64,000 nt of DNA from Bacteroidota bacterium (GTDB lineage Bacteria > Bacteroidota > Ignavibacteria > SZUA-365), in NCBI GenBank assembly GCA_023432805.1, contig JAEYUG010000119.1:32063-96062 (forward strand). Reading direction: 5' to 3'. The position numbers and the translations under genes were made by a program. Under the pieces are notes generated by a model. The model had not been told where the DNA came from, ran no database searches, and saw only the letters and a program-made list of their open reading frames with translations. Position 1 is the first letter of the stretch. Every line of letters begins with the position of its first letter. This document shows positions 18,175 to 28,237 of the stretch, one piece after another.

Positions 18175-20370
18175 TTACAGCGTGAGCGGTGACTTCTCCG
18201 CGAGTGCATCGACGATGCGGAACGTGGCTCGTGTTGTCGCGATCATGCTGTCGAAGGAGATGACTTCCGATTGGTGCCTGCGAATGGCATCCATGAATGC
18301 GATGACTTCGTTGCGGTGCCCCTTGTCGCCCGAGCTCTTCCTCGTCGTTTTCTTTCCACCCCGATACAGATCCAAGGTCATGAAGTTGTCCATGATCGCG
18401 GTGCTGAGTCCTGCAGACATGGTGATGCGTTCCTTTGCCACGCTGGTGTCGCCATTGGCGACGTAGGTGATCACACCCACGGAACCATCGGACATGCGCA
18501 TGGTAATGGCCACATTGTCATGTGTGGCGACGGCACTGTTGTCTGTGGCGATGTTTTCTGCGTGGATGCGCACGGGTGTGGCGCCCCCGGTCAGGAACTG
18601 GATGGTGTCGATGAAGTGGCAGACCTCGCCGACAATGCGGCCGCCACCGTCGATGGGGTCGTGCGTCCAGTGATCGGCGGGCAGGAAGCCGGCGTTGACG
18701 TAGTAATGGATGATAGCGGGTTCGCGGGTGCTGGCGAAGAATTCACGCATCTGAGTGACGAGAGGGGCGAAGCGCCGATTGAAACCGACCATGAAGGTCA
18801 GCCTGCCGTTTTGCCGACGGGCTTCGGAAAGCAAGGTCTCGAGGTCCTGCAGGTCGTTTTCATCGAGGGCCATGGGCTTCTCGACGAAGACGTGCTGACC
18901 GTTGCGCAATGCCTGTGCGCTGAGCGCAGCGTGGTCGCCGTGCCGCGTGGCAATGAAGACGGTGCCGATTGTGTCGCTTGAAAAAATGTCGTCGGGTGAG
19001 GTCGTGCATGCAGCGAATCCGAACTTGTTGCGCATGTCGTTCGCTGTCAGTCCCGTGCGGTTGCACACGGTGGCGAGCGTTACATCGTCCATGCCCTTGA
19101 GATGCGGGAGCAGGTATCCGCTTGCGAACGACCCTGCGCCGATGAACCCAACGGTCAGGGAACTGCGTTTCGGAGAGATCCTGATTGCCGGCTCGGCACT
19201 TCGATCGTTGCGGGTGGTAGTGCTTGCCAGCTCCTCTGGAGCGAGATCGTCATAGGTGAGGAGGATTCCGACATAGGGCTCCGTTTTTTCGCCCTCGATG
19301 AGCGCATAGGCGGCAAGCGCATCGTCGATGTGGAAGCGGTGCGTTGTCAGAATTGCAGTGTCGATGCGGTCGTCGGCGAGCAGGTCGAGGTAGGCCTGCA
19401 TGTTCCGGTTTTCGGTCCACCGCACATATCCGATCGGGTAATCGAGACCCTTGAGTTCATAGTCGGTATTGTAGCGGCCGGGACCATACGAGCGCGACAT
19501 GCGAATGTCGATTTCCTTCATGTAGTAGGGGCCGCGGGGGATGTCCATCGGAGCCGCACCGACCATGACGACGCGCCCTCGCTCACGGGTGACCACTCCG
19601 GCGAGTTCGATCGGATCATTCTGTTTCGTGCCTGCGGTGATGATCGTCGCGTCGGCGCCATGCCCGCGTGTCATCGAACCGACAATGCTCGCAACCGGAT
19701 CGCCATGCCTGTGCAACGAAGCATCCGCGCCGCTGCGCAATGCGAGTGCGATCACGTCGGGATCCAGGTCCACACCGATCACGCGGCATCCCGCCGCCTT
19801 GAGGATCTGGACGGTGAACTGTCCGAGCAAGCCGAGTCCGATCACGACGACGGTTTCGCCGAGGGTGACTTCCGCCTGCCGGACGCCCTGCATCGCGATG
19901 GCGGCAATGGTCGTATATGCGGCTGCCTCCATCGACACCCCGTCGGGGATGGGAACCACCAGATTCCGGGGCGCGACGACAAGATCGCTGTGAACGGCAA
20001 ATTCGGCGCCCGCGCAAGCGACCCGGTCACCGACCTCTATGTCTTGGATTGAGGGATCCACCGCCACGACGACACCGGCACAACTGTACCCGAGCGCAGC
20101 CGATGTGTCGAGCTTCGACATGATGCGCTTCCAGGTGGTGTACAATCCGGTTCGACGGGCTTCGTCGATCACTTTGCGCATTTCGTCGGGCTGGCTGCGC
20201 GCGCGCTGCAGCAATGACGACTTTCTGGAATCAATGGAAGTTTTCTCCGTGCCGGCACTGATGACGGAAAAGTAATTTTTAACGACAATCATGCCGGGAC
20301 GGGGAGCGGGCGGGGGAACGCTGACGACCTCGAGGTCGCCTGTGCGTTTGTTCTGAGCGATCTGTTTCAC
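18175..20370 (-). CDS. Bi-domain oxidoreductase (MDR/zinc-ADH-like N-terminal domain + Gfo/Idh/MocA C-terminal domain)
   Basis: 731 aa. VVVIGLGLLGQFTVQILKAAGCRVIGVDL (Rossmann fold, MDR-like). VGFIGAGSFASGYLLPHL...VFVEKPMAL (Gfo/Idh/MocA). Confidence 0.8.
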   Translation of the reverse strand: MKQIAQNKRTGDLEVVSVPPPAPRPGMIVVKNYFSVISAGTEKTSIDSRKSSLLQRARSQPDEMRKVIDEARRTGLYTTWKRIMSKLDTSAALGYSCAGVVVAVDPSIQDIEVGDRVACAGAEFAVHSDLVVAPRNLVVPIPDGVSMEAAAYTTIAAIAMQGVRQAEVTLGETVVVIGLGLLGQFTVQILKAAGCRVIGVDLDPDVIALALRSGADASLHRHGDPVASIVGSMTRGHGADATIITAGTKQNDPIELAGVVTRERGRVVMVGAAPMDIPRGPYYMKEIDIRMSRSYGPGRYNTDYELKGLDYPIGYVRWTENRNMQAYLDLLADDRIDTAILTTHRFHIDDALAAYALIEGEKTEPYVGILLTYDDLAPEELASTTTRNDRSAEPAIRISPKRSSLTVGFIGAGSFASGYLLPHLKGMDDVTLATVCNRTGLTANDMRNKFGFAACTTSPDDIFSSDTIGTVFIATRHGDHAALSAQALRNGQHVFVEKPMALDENDLQDLETLLSEARRQNGRLTFMVGFNRRFAPLVTQMREFFASTREPAIIHYYVNAGFLPADHWTHDPIDGGGRIVGEVCHFIDTIQFLTGGATPVRIHAENIATDNSAVATHDNVAITMRMSDGSVGVITYVANGDTSVAKERITMSAGLSTAIMDNFMTLDLYRGGKKTTRKSSGDKGHRNEVIAFMDAIRRHQSEVISFDSMIATTRATFRIVDALAEKSPLTL

Positions 20371-20472
20371 AGGGCCGAATCTACGGAAATCGGCTCACTT
20401 ATCCCACTGGAGCAGAGTGGGCGCAGGAGGGCAGGAAGCGAAGAAGCACAGGGGGTGGAGGAAGGCACTGCA

Positions 20473-20946
20473 CTAACGCCGCGGCCGGCTGCGTGCCTGC
20501 TGCATCATGTCGCGCAATTCCTTGCGGAAGCCGTCTTCGAACACGATCAGTTTTGCGATCTGCTGCGCAGAGAGGATGTCCTTCAGCGATGCGAGATACT
20601 CCTGCCTGCGTGCAAGCATCTCCTTTCCGATGGTAGTCAGCCGATCAACCTCGACGAGAATGTCACCGTCGCTTCCGCCGTCGGCCAGCGTCGACAAGCG
20701 CTCGATGACTGCACTGCGCTGCGTGTTCAGCTGTCGTTCCGCATTCTGAAGATCCTTTTCCCTGGCAAACAGCCGAACCGACTGTTCCTCATTCAGCTCC
20801 AGCGCATCGATCATCTTGATGCGGCGTAGTTCCTCGATGCGCTTGCGACCACGTCCTTGTGGCATGTCATCCGGCTGCGCGAATGCAGGGAGGTTCCAGA
20901 CCAAAGTCAACAGGAGCAGGGCGGGGAGGAGAGGGAGGCGTTTCAT
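20473..20946 (-). CDS. Periplasmic Spy/CpxP-like (LTXXQ-motif) protein
   Basis: Internal ATG of ORF 20473..20976. Signal peptide MKRLPLLPALLLLTLVWNLPAFA|QPDD. Two LTXXQ-like motifs: LELNEEQSVRLF and ILSAQQIAKLIVF. Confidence 0.6.
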   Translation of the reverse strand: MKRLPLLPALLLLTLVWNLPAFAQPDDMPQGRGRKRIEELRRIKMIDALELNEEQSVRLFAREKDLQNAERQLNTQRSAVIERLSTLADGGSDGDILVEVDRLTTIGKEMLARRQEYLASLKDILSAQQIAKLIVFEDGFRKELRDMMQQARSRPRR

Positions 20947-20957
20947 GTGGGTCCTCG

Positions 20958-21641
20958 TTACAATTCGTTGGTCCATTGTGCATCCTGATACGTCACGGTC
21001 TGTTCGTCGAAGCTGCTGAGCATGTCGTGCTGGTCGAGATACTCCGTGCCCGCAGCCAGCACCTCCGATGCGGAGAGGCCGGCGAACACCTCGCGTGAGA
21101 AGGTGCCCTCGAGCACAGTGCTGTCGAGCGAAATCACTAGGTGATCAAGATCGAGGACCGTTGGTTGCGCATCGAGCAACATGGTTTGCTCGAGTTCATC
21201 GAGCTGTGGCTGGTCGAGCACGGCGACCGCCCTCTGCAGTTCCCGCCTCAAGGAGTGGTCGGGGGAAAACAGGTCCGGAGTGCGGAACCCGAAGATCATA
21301 CCAGCAGCCACGACGGCGACAGTCAGTCCGAGCCGTACCCCCCGCTGCGGAAACCAGTGGAAGAGCTGCCACCGCAATGCGTACACCCGTCGTATGGTTC
21401 GCTTCTCCTGTTGCTGCGCGTCGATTCGTGCGTTGATCCCGGCTAGCAGGATGGCGGAAAGTTCGGGCGAGAGTGGGGGACGTTCGGAGGGGAGCGCAGC
21501 GAACAGCGTGCGCAGCCGTTGGGCTTCGCGGGCGCACGTGGCGCACTGGCCGATATGGTCGTGTACCTCGTTGGCGATGGACACGTCGAGTGTGCCGACT
21601 ACATGGTCGGCCAGCACACGTGTGATGTCATTGCAAGGCAT
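20958..21641 (-). CDS. Anti-sigma factor with zf-HC2-type N-terminus
   Basis: MPCNDITRVLADHVVGTLD...HDHIGQCATCAREAQRL (H-x3-C-x2-C), with a TM segment near LGLTVAVVAAGMIFGF. With the start at 21641 it overlaps the sigma gene by 14 nt; the ATG at 21674 is the alternative. Confidence 0.7.
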   Translation of the reverse strand: MPCNDITRVLADHVVGTLDVSIANEVHDHIGQCATCAREAQRLRTLFAALPSERPPLSPELSAILLAGINARIDAQQQEKRTIRRVYALRWQLFHWFPQRGVRLGLTVAVVAAGMIFGFRTPDLFSPDHSLRRELQRAVAVLDQPQLDELEQTMLLDAQPTVLDLDHLVISLDSTVLEGTFSREVFAGLSASEVLAAGTEYLDQHDMLSSFDEQTVTYQDAQWTNEL

Positions 21642-22188
21642 CTCTGACACTCGCTTCGATTTTTCGTACTGCATGAAAGTAGTTTGCCTTCAAACCGCCA
21701 ACACTTCGGTGGAGGATGGCAGCGATTTCTTCATACGGGAGTTCTTCAAAGTAGCGCAGCACAAACACGGCGCGCTGCTTGTCTGGAAGCCGAGCCACGG
21801 CTTGTTCGATGATGCTGCGTACTTCCGACTGCTCAAGTTCTGCGAGGGGATCTGCATCACTGCTTGCGTGGTCGTCGTGCTCATCGTCGAGTCGCAGCAG
21901 ATTCCGGATTTTCGCAGCCCGAATCCTGTTGAGGCTGAGATTCGTCGCAATCCGATAGAGCCACGTGTAGGGCTTGGCGTCGCCACGAAAGTCCTCCAGC
22001 GAGTTCCATGCCTTCACAAAAGCATCTTGCGTGACGTCCAGTGCGTCGTCGTGGTCGCCGAGCAGTCGGCGTGCAACCCAGTACACCTTTTCATGGTGTC
22101 GTCGTACAAGTTCATTGAATGCACTCCTGTCGCCTCGTCGGCTCGATGCCACGAGATCGATATCACGTGCGTCGGTCATTTGTGGCAT
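21628..22188 (-). CDS. ECF-type RNA polymerase sigma factor
   Basis: 186 aa. FNELVRRHHEKVYWVARRLLGDHDDALDVTQDAFVKAW (region 2). VLRYFEELPYEEIAAILHRSVGGLKANYFHAVRKI (region 4). Confidence 0.9.
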   Translation of the reverse strand: MPQMTDARDIDLVASSRRGDRSAFNELVRRHHEKVYWVARRLLGDHDDALDVTQDAFVKAWNSLEDFRGDAKPYTWLYRIATNLSLNRIRAAKIRNLLRLDDEHDDHASSDADPLAELEQSEVRSIIEQAVARLPDKQRAVFVLRYFEELPYEEIAAILHRSVGGLKANYFHAVRKIEASVRDALQ

Positions 22189-22459
22189 GTCATCCGGGTC
22201 TCTTCCAGTCTGACACAGGCGAGCGCCGAGAGTTTAATGCTCGCGTGTACAAGGTGCCGCATCATTCATGCATCGAGTTGCTGACCGTATCGGAGCCATG
22301 AAAAAGTTGCATTTATCTTTGAAAATCGGAATTCGTGGGATAAATTGGAACTGCAAACTGTGCACTCTTGCCCACACGACTCCCGACATTCACCTTGTCT
22401 TCCCATTCAGTGATGGATGCGGACGACCGTAATCGCATGAATAGGCGCGGTGTGCATCG

Positions 22460-24136
22460 ATGTCCCGTACACAAGTCACCATCCATGCCATGACGGACGT
22501 TTCCCAGGCTGATCTCAACCTCCTGCTCGAAGAGCGGACGGCGGAAATCACCGAACTGTACCGCTTCTATGAGGCGATCGTCGATAGTTCTACGGAAACG
22601 TTCATTATCGCGGTCAGTGGCAGCGGGTACGTGCTCAGCTTCAACGAGGGTGCGCGTCAATTGTTCGGGTATACAGGGCAGGACATCGTCGGCCGCATGC
22701 GCGCTTCAGACCTGATCAGCGAACGTGAGGACAGGCAGGCACGTTGGAGCGCCATGGAGGAACGTGCCAAGCACGAGGGAAAGAGCCGCGATGTTGTTCC
22801 GTTGCAGCGCAGCGACGGTTCGGTGTTTCCTGCGTTGGTGGACCTGACCTTGTTGCTCAACTCGGAACACCAGGCACTGGGAACGCTCTTTGTCGGGCGC
22901 GACATGACAGATGCATTCGAGACGCAACGCGCGCTCGAAGAGCGTACTGCACAATTGGAGTTCCTCAACACCCTGTCACTCGAGATTGGACAGACCCTCG
23001 AAGTCGAACAGATCGCCCGACTGGCTCTCAAGCGACTTGTGGAACGCTTCGATGCCACGGAAGGTGCGTTCTTTCTCAGGAATGCTGAAACACAGGAACT
23101 CGGCGCGCTCATCAGCGAGCCGAAAATTGCACGGCTTTCGCGCATGGCATTGTTGACTCCCACGGTCGAAGACACCATGCTGATCGAAGATGGCGAGGTG
23201 CTTATCCGGGAGGTAACTCTCCTGCACCCAGAGGAACATGGTCCGTCGCATCGACTGCTTCTCCCACTGCTTCCCAAGGCTTCGTTCCTTGGGGTCTTCG
23301 TGCTGCTCCTTCGAAGACAGCCGCAGAGAGATGATGAATTGCTCAACTTCCTCTCGACCATTGCGACGTCGATCGGCGGTGCGATGGAAAACGCCATACT
23401 CTATGAGGAATCCCTCGCAAAATCTGTCGAAATCCGCAAGCAGAACAAGGAACTCGACGAATTCGCCTATGTTGTATCGCATGATTTGAAGGAGCCGCTC
23501 GCGGGAATCTATTTCATCAGCAATCTGATTACCGACGAGTACTTCGACAAGATGGACGACACGGGCAAGACCTACATCAGCTCACTCATCGACTTTTCGA
23601 AGCGACTTGGCTCGCTGATCGACGCACTGCTCGATCTCTCTCGCATCGGCCGCATCAATCAGCCCGCCGAGCCGGTGGATATCAGCGAGGTCATGCATGA
23701 TGTGCGGCAGAATCTGTCGTATCGCATGTCGAGCCGGGACATCAGGCTTGTCGTTCAGCCGGACATCCCACTCGTGTTCGGCGACAAGACACGCATCGAG
23801 CAGGTGTTTTTCAACCTCATCGGCAATGCATTCAAATTCAACGACAAGCCGATGGTTCGCGTTGATGTTACAGCGATTCCTGCGGACAATGACAAGATCC
23901 ACTTCATGGTCCGCGATAACGGTATCGGCATCGAACCGGTTTACTTCGACAAGATCTTCAAGATCTTCGAGCGATTGAATCCGCGTGAGGAGTACGAAGG
24001 GACCGGAGCGGGACTGACCATTGTCAAGAAGATCATCGAGCATCACGGTGGCGAGATCTGGCTTGAATCCGAATTGGACGTCGGTACGACGTTCCACTTC
24101 ACACTCCCGAAAGTAAACGACTTATCAAATCAATGA
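22460..24136 (+). CDS. Sensor histidine kinase (PAS + GAF + HisKA + HATPase_c), apparently cytoplasmic
   Basis: 558 aa. PAS-like N-terminus. H-box FAYVVSHDLKEPLAGI. N/G boxes FNLIGNAFKF...VRDNGIGIE...GTGAGLTIVKKI. I see no TM segment. Confidence 0.9.
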   Translation: MSRTQVTIHAMTDVSQADLNLLLEERTAEITELYRFYEAIVDSSTETFIIAVSGSGYVLSFNEGARQLFGYTGQDIVGRMRASDLISEREDRQARWSAMEERAKHEGKSRDVVPLQRSDGSVFPALVDLTLLLNSEHQALGTLFVGRDMTDAFETQRALEERTAQLEFLNTLSLEIGQTLEVEQIARLALKRLVERFDATEGAFFLRNAETQELGALISEPKIARLSRMALLTPTVEDTMLIEDGEVLIREVTLLHPEEHGPSHRLLLPLLPKASFLGVFVLLLRRQPQRDDELLNFLSTIATSIGGAMENAILYEESLAKSVEIRKQNKELDEFAYVVSHDLKEPLAGIYFISNLITDEYFDKMDDTGKTYISSLIDFSKRLGSLIDALLDLSRIGRINQPAEPVDISEVMHDVRQNLSYRMSSRDIRLVVQPDIPLVFGDKTRIEQVFFNLIGNAFKFNDKPMVRVDVTAIPADNDKIHFMVRDNGIGIEPVYFDKIFKIFERLNPREEYEGTGAGLTIVKKIIEHHGGEIWLESELDVGTTFHFTLPKVNDLSNQ

Positions 24137-25554
24137 CGGCCATGGTTTCCGACACACAACAGAAGTCCGGTGCGAGCATTCTCGTCGTCGACGACGAGAA
24201 ACTGTTTCGAGATGTGCTGACGGCAAAGCTGATCGAAAACGGGTATATCACCGACAATGCCATCAATGGCATCGAGGCGATCAACAAGATTCAGCGACAG
24301 CAGTACGATGTGATTCTGCTCGACATCAAGATGCCGCGTGTCAATGGGATCGAAGTGCTCAAGCACATCAACGAGAACACGTTGAATTCCGAAGTGATCA
24401 TGTTGACGACCTTCACCGATGTGCGCACTGCGGTCGAGACCGTCAAACTCGGTGCGTATGATTACATCACCAAACCGTACAATCTATCGGAACTCCTGCA
24501 GACAATCGAACGCGCGCTCGAACATCGCAAGCTCAAACTCGAGAATGTCATCCTCAAGTCGGAACTCGAACGCAAGCAGCAGGTGCGCAATGTGATCGGG
24601 GAAAGCCCCGCGTTCAAGTCGGTGCTGGAAATGGTGTACAAGGTCGCTCCGTCAGACAGCAACGTTCTGATCGGGGGACCCAGCGGCTCCGGCAAGGAAG
24701 TCATCGCGAACATGCTTTTCAAGTTGTCGAGTCGCAAGGACAAGCCGTTTGTTGCATTGGACTGTGCGTCCCTGCCCGAGAATCTGCTGGAGAGCGAACT
24801 CTTTGGTCATGAACGTGGTGCGTTCACGGATGCCATGGTCCTCAAGCACGGTCTCGTCGAAGTCGCGAACAACGGGACCCTGTTCCTCGATGAAATCGGG
24901 GAAATCAGCATGAACATTCAGCCGAAACTCCTGCGCTTTCTGCAGTCAGGCGAGTTCCGACGCATAGGCGGTACGCAGACAATGAAGTCCAACGTCCGTG
25001 TCATTGCCGCCACGAACCGCAACCTGAAGGAAGCGGTGAAGGCGGGCATGTTCCGTGAGGACCTTCTCTTTCGTTTGAACGTTATCTCGATTGCATTGCC
25101 CACTCTCGCCGAGCGCCGCGAAGACATCCCAGCACTTGTCGAGTACTTTTTGCAGATGAAGGCGCGAGGCAAGGAGATCCGCAAGGTGAGCGATGCTGCC
25201 ATGCAAAAGATGCAGCAGTATTATTGGCCCGGAAACGTTCGCGAGCTCGAAAATGTTATCGAACGAGCAATCATTCTTGGGTCCGGCGATGTGATCGATC
25301 TTGCAGACATCATGCTCGATTATGCCGGCACAACCGAGGGTGACACGCGCCTGCAGAGCGAACTGGCCAGCATGTCGCTCAGTGACATCGAAAAGATCCA
25401 CATCGAACGCGTGCTCAAAGAGCAGGACTACAACAAGAAGAAAAGTGCGGAGGTCTTGGGTATCAGCCTCCGAACGCTCTACACGAAAATCTACGATTAC
25501 CAGATTCCGATCCCGAACAGCAGAAGCGGCGCGCAATCCTCGAAGGAGAGTTGA
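24133..25554 (+). CDS. Sigma-54-dependent response regulator (NtrC family: REC + AAA+ + Fis-type HTH)
   Basis: 473 aa. ATGA overlap with the kinase stop. ILVVDDE...ILLDIKMP. Walker A GPSGSGKE. The sigma-54 contact loop reads GAFTDA (24817-24834) rather than GAFTGA. C-terminal HTH: [19 protein letters not shown]. Confidence 0.93.
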   Translation: MTAMVSDTQQKSGASILVVDDEKLFRDVLTAKLIENGYITDNAINGIEAINKIQRQQYDVILLDIKMPRVNGIEVLKHINENTLNSEVIMLTTFTDVRTAVETVKLGAYDYITKPYNLSELLQTIERALEHRKLKLENVILKSELERKQQVRNVIGESPAFKSVLEMVYKVAPSDSNVLIGGPSGSGKEVIANMLFKLSSRKDKPFVALDCASLPENLLESELFGHERGAFTDAMVLKHGLVEVANNGTLFLDEIGEISMNIQPKLLRFLQSGEFRRIGGTQTMKSNVRVIAATNRNLKEAVKAGMFREDLLFRLNVISIALPTLAERREDIPALVEYFLQMKARGKEIRKVSDAAMQKMQQYYWPGNVRELENVIERAIILGSGDVIDLADIMLDYAGTTEGDTRLQSELASMSLSDIEKIHIERVLKEQDYNKKKSAEVLGISLRTLYTKIYDYQIPIPNSRSGAQSSKES

Positions 25555-25593
25555 CCCGTCATCCTGCATCGGGTTCGCTCATCCTTCAATCGC

Positions 25594-27642
25594 ATGCCCA
25601 CGCACTCACGACTCCTCGTAACATCGGCGCTTCCCTACGCGAACGGCGCCATTCATTTCGGTCATCTGGCTGGAGCCTATCTTCCGGCCGATATCTATGT
25701 GCGTGCCCAGAGACTCCGCGGACGCGATGTCGTCTACATCTGTGGTTCAGATGAGCATGGCGTCAGCATTCTGATTTCAGCAGGGAAGGAGGGCGTTGCT
25801 CCACAGGATATCATCGATCGCTACCATGCACTCAACAAGGCTGCGTTCGATGGTGTGGGGATCAGTTTCGACAATTATTCGCGCACGTCTCTGCCTGTTC
25901 ATCATGAGACTGCGCGGGAGTGGTTTCTCGAATTTCACACGCGCGGATTGTTGCGCAGCCGCACCGAGCAACAGCTCTTCGACGAGAAGGCAGGGATGTT
26001 TCTCCCTGACCGTTTCGTCATGGGCACATGTCCCCATTGCGGGTTCGAACGCGCCTATGGTGATCAATGCGAGAATTGCAGCAAGTATTATGAGCAGACA
26101 GAGCTTGTCAATCCCCGCAGCCTGCTGACTGGTGAGATCCCCGTCGTGCGGGAGGCAGTGCATTGGTATTTCCCGCTTGGTGATTTCCAGCAACAACTCG
26201 AGGAGTACGTTGCCTCGCATGATGGTGTCTGGAAGGACAATGTGCTGCAGCAGGTCAGGAGCTGGCTCAAGGCTGGTCTCAGTGATCGCCCGATCACACG
26301 CGACATGGACTGGGGAGTCCGTGTGCCCGTCGACGAAGCGGAGAAAAAGGTCCTCTATGTCTGGTTCGAAGCCGTGCTCGGGTACATTTCCTCGACGAAG
26401 GAATGGGCAGCGCAACGCGGAACGCCGGATGCGTGGAAACTCTACTGGTGTGATCCCGACACCGAATACATTGCCTTCATCGGCAAGGACAATATCGTCT
26501 TTCATTGTCTGATGTTTCCGGCAATGCTCATGGCAATGGGCGGCCATGTATTACCAGCAAATGTTCCTGCGAATGAATTCCTCAACCTCGAAGGGCGCAA
26601 GTTCTCGAAGAGCCAGAACTGGTCCATCGAAATCCAGGACTTCCTCGAACGGTATCCGCCGGATCCGCTGCGCTACACGCTCGCGATGAGCATGCCCGAG
26701 CTGCGTGACAGCGACTTTTACTGGAGGGAATTCCAGGCGCGCAACAACAATGAGCTTGCGGACATTCTCGGCAACTTCATCAACCGCACGATGCAGTTTG
26801 CACAGCGTACCTTCGGAGGTGTGGTTCCATCTGCCGGCACCTTGCTCGATCGCGATATGGCCTTCCTCGAGGAGTTCCATCGTACGGCAGACACGGTTGC
26901 CGAACTCTACGATCGCTTCCGCTTCAAGGATGGTGTGCAGGCCACGATGAGCCTTGCACGGGCGTGCAACAAATACTTCAACGATGAAGAACCTTGGAAG
27001 ACGGCGAAGACGGATTCCGCTCGATGTGCCGCAACGATTCACTGTTGCCTGCAAGCCTGCCACGCGCTTTCGGTATTGATCCATCCCATACTGCCCTTCA
27101 CGAGTGCGACGCTCCGTGACATGCTCGCAGTCGCGGCCGATGCACCGTTCACCTGGGATGCGGCGTGGAACTGGCGCTTGCCCGAGGGACATGTCCTCGG
27201 TGAACCACGCCTGTTGTTTCGAAAAATTGACGATGCGGAGATTGCCACTGAAATTGCGAAGCTCGGTCTGAAGGAGGAATCCGAAGCGACGGTGCGCGAA
27301 TACGCTCCACCCAAAGAGCAGATTGATATCGAGCAGTTCGGTGCCCTCGATCTGCGGGTGGCGCGTATCACGGAAGCCGAACGCGTCCCGAAATCGGAGA
27401 AGCTGATCCGTCTGCAGGTGGATCTGGGCTTCGAACAGCGGCAGGTCGTGGCCGGCATCGGCAAGGCCTACACTCCCGAGGATCTGGTCGGCCGTTCAGT
27501 GATCGTTGTGGCGAATCTCAGACCAGTCAAGCTCATGGGTGTTGAGTCGCAGGGGATGGTGCTGGCTGCGACGAATGATGACGGCGTGCCGATTCTGTTG
27601 ACCCCATCAGCCGAGGTGCATCCCGGTGCAGGCGTCAAGTAA
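25594..27642 (+). CDS. metG: Methionyl-tRNA synthetase with C-terminal tRNA-binding (EMAP-like) domain
   Basis: 682 aa. LVTSALPYANGAIHFGHL (HIGH-type motif), KFSKSQN (KMSKS), zinc knuckle CPHCG...CENC, C-terminal LDLRVARITEAERVPKSEKLIRLQVDLG. Confidence 0.97.
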   Translation: MPTHSRLLVTSALPYANGAIHFGHLAGAYLPADIYVRAQRLRGRDVVYICGSDEHGVSILISAGKEGVAPQDIIDRYHALNKAAFDGVGISFDNYSRTSLPVHHETAREWFLEFHTRGLLRSRTEQQLFDEKAGMFLPDRFVMGTCPHCGFERAYGDQCENCSKYYEQTELVNPRSLLTGEIPVVREAVHWYFPLGDFQQQLEEYVASHDGVWKDNVLQQVRSWLKAGLSDRPITRDMDWGVRVPVDEAEKKVLYVWFEAVLGYISSTKEWAAQRGTPDAWKLYWCDPDTEYIAFIGKDNIVFHCLMFPAMLMAMGGHVLPANVPANEFLNLEGRKFSKSQNWSIEIQDFLERYPPDPLRYTLAMSMPELRDSDFYWREFQARNNNELADILGNFINRTMQFAQRTFGGVVPSAGTLLDRDMAFLEEFHRTADTVAELYDRFRFKDGVQATMSLARACNKYFNDEEPWKTAKTDSARCAATIHCCLQACHALSVLIHPILPFTSATLRDMLAVAADAPFTWDAAWNWRLPEGHVLGEPRLLFRKIDDAEIATEIAKLGLKEESEATVREYAPPKEQIDIEQFGALDLRVARITEAERVPKSEKLIRLQVDLGFEQRQVVAGIGKAYTPEDLVGRSVIVVANLRPVKLMGVESQGMVLAATNDDGVPILLTPSAEVHPGAGVK

Positions 27643-28159
27643 CATCGGAAGCCTTCGCGCCGCGTCGTTCCTGAGAACGCTGTGTGTCTTTGCATGCGCC
27701 ATGGTGGCCATGTCCGGGGCAGGATGTGATCATGGTCTCGATCCCATCAGGGATGTGTCCGTGCAGCCGGGATTGAGCGGACGTGTCACGGTGCGCTCCG
27801 CATTTCCGCCGCCCGACAGTTTGAAGGATCTTCGCATCGTGTTGTTTCGCAACTATCCTCCCATTGGCATTCTCGAGGAGTTCCTTGCCGGGGCCTTGCG
27901 ATTCTCCGACCCGCTTCCGATGGATGCAGCTTCGTTCGAATGGCAAATACGCGCCGACGATCTGAACGGCGTGTATCCCTATGTGGTCGTCGCGTGGCAG
28001 TTCGGACCCGATCCCTTCTCAAACTGGAGGGTGGCAGGTGTCTATGCACCGTCAGGCGATCCGACGAGGCCGCAAGCTGTAGATCTGGGAGGCGGACGCT
28101 TCCTTCAGGGCATCGACATCGCGGTCGACTTTGTGAATCTGCCTCCTCAACCGTTTTGA
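27626..28159 (+). CDS. Hypothetical lipoprotein
   Basis: 177 aa. The GTG start overlaps the metG 3' end by 17 nt. Lipobox AMVAMSGAGC. I recognise no family. Confidence 0.5.
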   Translation: MQASSNIGSLRAASFLRTLCVFACAMVAMSGAGCDHGLDPIRDVSVQPGLSGRVTVRSAFPPPDSLKDLRIVLFRNYPPIGILEEFLAGALRFSDPLPMDAASFEWQIRADDLNGVYPYVVVAWQFGPDPFSNWRVAGVYAPSGDPTRPQAVDLGGGRFLQGIDIAVDFVNLPPQPF

Positions 28160-28237
28160 AGTCTGATTGGAGACGCTGACCCTTTTTCGTACCTTCCGCT
28201 CCGAAACCATTTCGACCTTCAGCAAGGCGACGTGCAT

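Noticed and set aside
22313-22660. A 115-aa minus-strand ORF in the spacer upstream of the histidine kinase.
   Set aside because: It overlaps the kinase 5' end, has no ribosome-binding site or family signature, and starts inside the kinase coding region. It is most likely spurious.
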